A stretch of DNA of 64,000 nt from an uncultured Pseudomonadota bacterium (GTDB lineage: Bacteria > Pseudomonadota > Gammaproteobacteria > Steroidobacterales > Steroidobacteraceae), in the NCBI GenBank assembly GCA_963718135.1, contig CAVQYI010000014.1, forward strand, positions 42,962-106,961. The letters are read 5' to 3'. A program made the position numbers and the translations under genes. The notes beneath the pieces are model-generated. The model was not told the DNA's origin. It searched no databases and worked only from the letters and a program-made list of their open reading frames with translations. Shown here one piece after another: positions 59,015-64,000 of this stretch; position 1 is the first letter of the stretch, and every line of letters starts with the position of its first letter.

Positions 59015-59449
59015 ATGGAAGAAATGAATGAGACGGCAGCGAGTCCCCAGCCCCTCAAACGCTGGGTGGTGAGCGCGAGGGCGGCCCCGAAGCAGCCTAT
59101 GGCGCTCTTTTGCGAGGGTGTGTCGCTGACGCCGGGGGCGCCCGGGGATTTGGACAAGGTGTCCCCCGTCGAATATATGTTGATATCCATCGCCGGTTGT
59201 TTCGCGTTGAGCTGCCGGGGGGCGATGAAGTCGCGCAATCTGCCCGCGACCGAGGTCGAGGTAATCGTTACCGGCGAGAAGGCGCATGACCCGCCGAGTC
59301 GTGTGGGGCGGATCTCATTGGTCGTCGCGCTTGGTCAAGGCACGAGCGCCGCCGACGTCGCCGCAATTTTGCACGATGCGAAACAACTATGCACCGTGAC
59401 GAACACCATTTTCGGGGCATCCAGCATCGAGGTGACCGCGCGGCGATGA
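59015..59449 (+). CDS. OsmC/Ohr-family protein
   Basis: 144 aa with SPVEYMLISIAGCF and AKQLCTVTNT (two conserved Cys contexts). Confidence 0.65.
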   Translation: MEEMNETAASPQPLKRWVVSARAAPKQPMALFCEGVSLTPGAPGDLDKVSPVEYMLISIAGCFALSCRGAMKSRNLPATEVEVIVTGEKAHDPPSRVGRISLVVALGQGTSAADVAAILHDAKQLCTVTNTIFGASSIEVTARR

Positions 59450-59584
59450 GTTCGTCTGGAACTCCGTGCATGGTATTCGCCACCTCTGTCTACAATAGCG
59501 GGAATTTCTGCACCGCGAGTTTCGCATAAGATCCATTGAGGTAAAACGCGCCGATCACGTAATTGGGGAATTCACCATACACAG

Positions 59585-59629
59585 CTGGCGGACGGCACTG
59601 CACGCGATTTTAGTAATTCGCACCCCACA
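59585..59629 (-). mobile_element. Solo right-end remnant (about 45 bp) of the IS481-like element. A weaker second IR-like copy may lie at ~59551-59583.
   Basis: The sequence AATTCGCACCCCACA ends at 59629 and is identical to the right inverted repeat of copies A and B. The upstream ~30 bp is partly similar to the IS interior. Confidence 0.6.
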
Positions 59630-59921
59630 GGGTCGCGGCGGTATTGAGGCCATGGACATTGATGCCCTCGCGCAGGATCACACCGGCCCCCAGAAAGCCG
59701 ATGCCGGTGACCACCTGTACGGCAACGCGCGTGGGGTCTCCCTCGCCGACCATCGCGGAGAAGACGACGAAGCCGCACGATCCGAGCGCCACCAGAGCGT
59801 TTGTGCGCAGCCCCGCCATCTTCTGGTGCCACTGCCGTTCGAATCCAATCACGCAGCCCAAAGCCAGAGCGAGGCCCAACCGATCGATGGATTCCGCGAT
59901 CTCGATGTGAGTATTCAGCAT
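59630..59921 (-). pseudogene. mgtC: N-terminal ~97 aa of an MgtC/SapB-family protein, truncated by the IS remnant
   Basis: The fragment LGCVIGFERQWHQKMAGLRTNALVALGSCGFVV..VVTGIGFLGAGVILREG..GLNTAATLW then reads directly into the inverted repeat (ORF 59610..60017). Confidence 0.7.
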
Positions 59922-59960
59922 GATCTGACATCCGACACAGTTCGTGAGATTACTTTGACT

Positions 59961-61166
59961 TGTGGGAGGCGAATTCCCAATCAAGCGGCGACGGGAGTTT
60001 CGAAAAGTCCATTGCAATGGCTTTCCCAGTCATAGTGCGCCAGGCTTGCCTTCGGTGATGAAGGATCTCCCGGCACGATTCGCTGGCGTGTGACCGTCGA
60101 GGGAGCGGTGCACGCGAGCTCCGTTGTAATAGGTTCGGAATTTGTCGAGCTTCCGCTGAAGATCGATCGAATTCCAGAAGAGCGTGTGGTCGAGATATTC
60201 GCGCCGGATGGTCCCGATCAGTCGTTCCACGAATGGGTGCGACATCGGGACATGGGGCACTGACTTGATCTCCTCGACCTCGAGGATCCGTAGATTGGCG
60301 AGCCACCGGTGAAAGCGGAACAGTGGGTCGTGATCGGTGCTGATCCGCGCCGGTGGCGCGTGACCGGCGATGGCATGATTGAACATGCGGCACACAGCCG
60401 GACCGTCGATGGTATTCGCCTCCGATGCCGAATCCGACGATACGGCGGGTACACACGTCGATCACCACAAGGACCCAATGGCTACGCAGCAGGATCGACT
60501 CGCAACGAAACAGGTCGACGCTCCAGAGGCTGTCCTTGGCTTGCGCGAAGAAAGTGAGCCAGGAGGGACCCGAGGCGCCCGGATGATTTGACCCGTAACG
60601 CTTCGCGAGGACCCTGCGCACGACGTCCTTATCGATCTGCACGGCGAATGCATGCGAGATCTGCTCGGCAATGCGTTGATTGCCGAATCTGGGGTTACGG
60701 AGCTTCATCTCGAGGATGGCCGCGACGATTTCCTCTGTCGGGCCCTTCGGGCCGGGCTTGCGCCGGGTTCCGGCGGACGAGAACAGGCGGCGATACTTTC
60801 GATCGACCAGCGCCTTGTGGAATCGTAATAACGTCGCCGGCTTGAGAATCGCGGCGAGCTTCGCGACTCGTCGGGGACGCACGAACAGGGCCATCAATCC
60901 GAGCACGAATCGATCGATCGTGGTCAGGGGCGGGGCGCGTCGACGGGAACGGCCGCTGACGATCAGTTGGTGTGTCAGCAACAGAGACTCGGCGATAACG
61001 GAGCGGACGCCGCCGGGGCGCGCAAGCTTGGCCAGAGTGACGAACAGATGTACTGCGAGAAGAAGCAACTCACGCATCGTCGAAGCAGCCTACCAGGGGC
61101 GCCAGATAGCACAAGACTGTGGGTATGCGACGGCTCACGCTATTATTTTGGAATTCGCACCCCACA
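59961..61166 (-). mobile_element. IS481-family-like insertion sequence, copy B (1206 bp), same orientation as copy A
   Basis: It has the same terminal repeats as copy A. I estimate about 85-90 % nucleotide identity to copy A by eye. No flanking direct repeat is present. Confidence 0.8.
59981..61077 (-). CDS. DDE (rve) transposase of IS copy B. 2 frame breaks (~60060, ~60407).
   Basis: ORF 59950..61077 and ORF 60030..60395 together give a homologue of the copy A transposase. The hand-read C-terminus HYDWESHCNGLFETPVAA ends at TGA 59981-59983. Confidence 0.78.
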
Positions 61167-61359
61167 CGTTGCATGGGAGCGGCGCTATTATTTCGCCTTT
61201 ATGCGTGACGACAGCGGCGCCAGTCGGCGACCTTGATTTGTATCGCTGATAGTTTATTGGGTGCATCTGGGCCCATAGAAGGGCTCTACGCTACGTCGCC
61301 TGCCTACCCCCTTACGTAGTGCCGCTCGAGCAACCGGTAATATTCAAAGACTCGGTGCA

Positions 61360-61586
61360 TTACGCTGCGACAAGTTGACGGAAATTCAGAATGCCACCAA
61401 GCCGAGCCCGGCGGCGAATGGTTCGTGTGGCGTCATCGCGAATTCGCTGCGGCATGATCGTCCGCTTACCAATACCCTGGTGATTCCGTTCGCCGTGATA
61501 ATGATCGACGTACTCGCGCAGCGAGCGGCGCAGCATGCTCGGTCTGATCGGAATGATCCGCGACGGGAGCCAGAGCCGCTCCCCAG
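61360..61586 (-). pseudogene. C-terminal ~70 aa fragment plus the end of the second rve-type IS (same type as 50843..51553)
   Basis: LRRSLREYVDHYHGERNHQGIGKRTI..RRARLGGILNF is in ORF 61360..61758. The 20-25 bp at ~61372-61395 is an imperfect inverted match to ~51583-51607. Confidence 0.6.
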
Positions 61587-62876
61587 CTATTTCGCGGCCA
61601 CGCTGTAGGCTACACGGCGCGGCTCGCGTGCGACCTCCACACGCCTCAGCTCCTTGATCGGCATCAGTGAGCCGACGATTCGCTTCTGCACGAGCTCGAT
61701 GAAACTTGCCTGCAACTGGGTCGGCAGCCAGTTCTCTCTCATCGTGAGTCCGATGCACGGCGCCGGCTCGAGAGGTCCGAAAGGCACCGAGGTCAAGGCG
61801 TCCTCCTCGTACATGAGATCATAGGATGTCAGGAGGGTAAGACAATCGCTCTGCATGAGGAGGAGCCGCATCGTCGGTAGCGAGCAGGTCTCGATCCGTG
61901 CCTGAGGCCGCGATCGATCCGAAAATAGTCGCTCGAAACGGGCGCGCCGGCTCGAACCCGGAATGCCGATCACCCAGTCGAAGTCCCTAAGGTCATCGAG
62001 AGTTACGCGCCTCTTCTCGGTGAGGGGATGCCCATGCCGAGCGACGACGACGTAGGGTGTTTCCGCGAGCGGCTTGTGCACGAAACCCGTCCACTTGGGC
62101 TCCCGCAGCAGTCCGATTACAACATCGACATCGCCGGCCCGCAGCTTCTCTAGCATGTCGTCAGCGCTGCCGTTCAGGATGCGTACGCCGGCCTTGGGAT
62201 ACTCCGAGGCGAACTCGCTGATGACCGAAGCAAGGGCGACATTGCCGGCAAGCAGCGTGGCACCGACGACGATCTCGCCTCCGACGCTACCCCTGGCCGC
62301 CTGCACCTCGTCCACCCCCCAGTCGATCTCGCGCAGCGCCAGCTTGAGATTGCGGGCGAAGGCCGCTGCCGTCTGGGTCACCACGATCCCGGAAGTCGTC
62401 TCGACGTAAAGCGGCGTCCGCAGAGTCCTCTCGAGATCTCGGGCGGACCGCTGCAGCACGGCTTGTGATGTTTCTAGAACTCGCGCCGCCTGCGCGAACG
62501 AACCGTTCTCGACGACGGCGATGAGGCTGCGGATTTGGGACCGTGAGATGCGGCTTGCGATGTGCGGCAGGGGAATGGGATTTTCCGGCACGCCGAGTTC
62601 TGCGAGCGCCTGCTCGATCTGGGAGAAGAGGCGATGTATCCTCCTGTGGAAGATGACGCCGTACTTGTTGAGCTGGCTGCCACTTGCGCGGCGGACCAGG
62701 AGCGGCACGCCGAGTTGCTCCTCGAGCTTCGCGATGGCCTGGGTGACCGCGGGCTGGGAAAGATGGCGCTCCTCCGAAGCCCGATGAAAGCCCTGAAGGC
62801 GCGCGACGCTCTCGAACACCTTCAGGTGCCGGATACTGGCGGAAAACTCTCGCATTGCGCAAATCGTATCGGCCAT
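61587..62876 (-). CDS. LysR-type regulator with two tandem N-terminal winged-HTH domains (429 aa)
   Basis: HTH 1 is IRHLKVFESVARLQGFHRASEERHLSQPAVTQAIAKLEEQLGVPLL. HTH 2 is IRSLIAVVENGSFAQAARVLETSQAVLQRSARDLERTLRTPLY. A LysR substrate-binding-like domain follows. Confidence 0.8.
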   Translation of the reverse strand: MADTICAMREFSASIRHLKVFESVARLQGFHRASEERHLSQPAVTQAIAKLEEQLGVPLLVRRASGSQLNKYGVIFHRRIHRLFSQIEQALAELGVPENPIPLPHIASRISRSQIRSLIAVVENGSFAQAARVLETSQAVLQRSARDLERTLRTPLYVETTSGIVVTQTAAAFARNLKLALREIDWGVDEVQAARGSVGGEIVVGATLLAGNVALASVISEFASEYPKAGVRILNGSADDMLEKLRAGDVDVVIGLLREPKWTGFVHKPLAETPYVVVARHGHPLTEKRRVTLDDLRDFDWVIGIPGSSRRARFERLFSDRSRPQARIETCSLPTMRLLLMQSDCLTLLTSYDLMYEEDALTSVPFGPLEPAPCIGLTMRENWLPTQLQASFIELVQKRIVGSLMPIKELRRVEVAREPRRVAYSVAAK

Positions 62877-63094
62877 GCCGCCCCCCTTCCAGTACTAGAT
62901 ATGTATACGGCCGGGTGTGTCCCGTGTCAAACGCCGCACACTCCTCCGGGATGGCGTCCCCCGATCAGCGCAGCGCCGAGTGGCTGAGGGAGGCGAGGCA
63001 ATAGCGAAGCGGCGGATGCAGCGTGGCGATAGAAAACGGGAGAACGCAGCTTCATACGCTGCCAATCGTACGCGGGACCGCGGGCCGAAGCAGC

Positions 63095-63934
63095 TCACTT
63101 GGCTCGTCCTTTGACTCCTTGGGCCAGAAGTGAAATGCGATAGACCGCACCGCCACCCACGGCGTAGAGAGTCTTTCGATCGACTCCGCCAAAAGCGATG
63201 CTCTGTATGCGCGTCGGCGCTGGAATCAAGCCAAGAAGCCGTCCCGCCGCACTGACGATCTGAATACCGTGCTCCGTGGCCACGTACAGTCTGTCATCAC
63301 TGTCGACGGCCAACCCGTCGCCAGTGACATTCACAAATGTCCGCGGATTTTTCACCGTGCCGTCCGGCTGCACGTCGAATGCGACGATGTGGTCACCGTC
63401 CACGGCATAGAGAATCTTCCCGTCCGTGCTCAGTTCCACGCCATTAGGATGAGCGACAGCCTCGGTGAGCTTGGTGACTCTTCCACCAGGTGTGATGTAG
63501 AAGATCAGAGGCTTGCGTCCGGGCGGCGGTTCACGGAATTGAATTTCAGGGCTCGGAATGGGATCGGTGAAATAGATACCCCCTTTCTCGTCGACTACCA
63601 GATCGTTCGGACGCACCAGGGGTTGTCCCCCGAAAGAATCGGCGAGCGTTATGCGGACGGGCACGAGAACCTCAATCCGCGGATCGCGCGACTCCGCCGC
63701 AACGAGACGACCCTTCGTGTCGTAACCAAGCCCGATTGGGCGATTCGAATCTTCCGCATAAGTGGAGAAGTTACCGGCCAGATCGATGTGAACAATCCTG
63801 TTCGCATTAAATTCGCAGAATAGGACGCTTCCGTCCGGCATTGATATAACGCCTTCTGTCCCTTTGAATCCTGCACGGAGGAGCTGTGTCCTCGTGCCGG
63901 CAACGATGACGCCGGGGATTCCGCTCGCGGTCAT
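63095..63934 (-). CDS. SMP-30/gluconolactonase/LRE-family beta-propeller protein. The N-terminus may extend beyond the window.
   Basis: Contains GLGYDTKGRLVAAE, PNDLVVDEKGGIYFTD, HPNGVELSTDG and GDGLAVDSDDRLYVA. The frame stays open upstream of ATG 63934 up to base 64000. Confidence 0.75.
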   Translation of the reverse strand: MTASGIPGVIVAGTRTQLLRAGFKGTEGVISMPDGSVLFCEFNANRIVHIDLAGNFSTYAEDSNRPIGLGYDTKGRLVAAESRDPRIEVLVPVRITLADSFGGQPLVRPNDLVVDEKGGIYFTDPIPSPEIQFREPPPGRKPLIFYITPGGRVTKLTEAVAHPNGVELSTDGKILYAVDGDHIVAFDVQPDGTVKNPRTFVNVTGDGLAVDSDDRLYVATEHGIQIVSAAGRLLGLIPAPTRIQSIAFGGVDRKTLYAVGGGAVYRISLLAQGVKGRAK

Positions 63935-64000
63935 TTCACGCGAAAGACCGGGTGAGGGACGCGCCGCGGTGGGCAGTGCGCTCTCGGCAACAACTGCAAT

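Larger units (their letters stand above)
49254..64000. mobile_element. Accessory genomic island (partial; right boundary not in window) inserted next to tRNA-Met
   Basis: G+C drops visibly, from the high 60s % to about 48-58 % in hand-counted lines. An integrase stump lies 16 bp from the tRNA. There are three IS-derived elements plus cargo genes unrelated to the flanking synteny. Confidence 0.65.

Overview
This is a high-GC chromosome segment, hand-counted at about the high 60s % G+C. The gene order suggests a gammaproteobacterium of the Xanthomonadales/Nevskiales type, but that is inference from synteny only.

Bases 1-49,100 are conserved housekeeping genes:
- a yyaL-like gene, rlmI, lgt-thyA, a SET-domain gene, a LysR regulator and folA
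- a kmo-kynU-nbaC (kynurenine to quinolinate) cluster
- the lptD-surA-pdxA-rsmA-(usp)-apaG-apaH operon
- amgK-murU-lipA-lipB
- the cell-wall block ybeD-dat-dacA-rlpA-mltB-rodA-mrdA-mreDCB
- gatCAB, hslO, metR/metF, mtgA, ppiB and hemA-prfA-prmC
- TPR-lolB-ispE-tRNA-Gln-prs-rplY-pth-ychF

An accessory island of lower G+C starts directly after a tRNA-Met (49,177-49,253) and runs off the window. It contains:
- a tyrosine-integrase stump
- two diverged, directly oriented 1.2-kb IS481-like elements bracketing about 9 kb of cargo: a formamidase stub, an APC permease, an Lrp regulator, a large class-V PLP enzyme, a TonB-dependent receptor and an OsmC protein
- fragments of a second IS type and a truncated mgtC
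- a LysR regulator with two tandem HTH domains and an SMP-30-like gene

I found no CRISPR array and no recognisable defence, secretion or secondary-metabolite system. The most unusual items are the IS-bracketed cargo module, the double-HTH LysR and the SET protein with a polybasic tail.

Major caveat: about 34 single-base frame breaks interrupt essential genes in the core, while the island cargo genes have none. This points to consensus errors rather than gene decay. Coordinates of interrupted genes are outer bounds.
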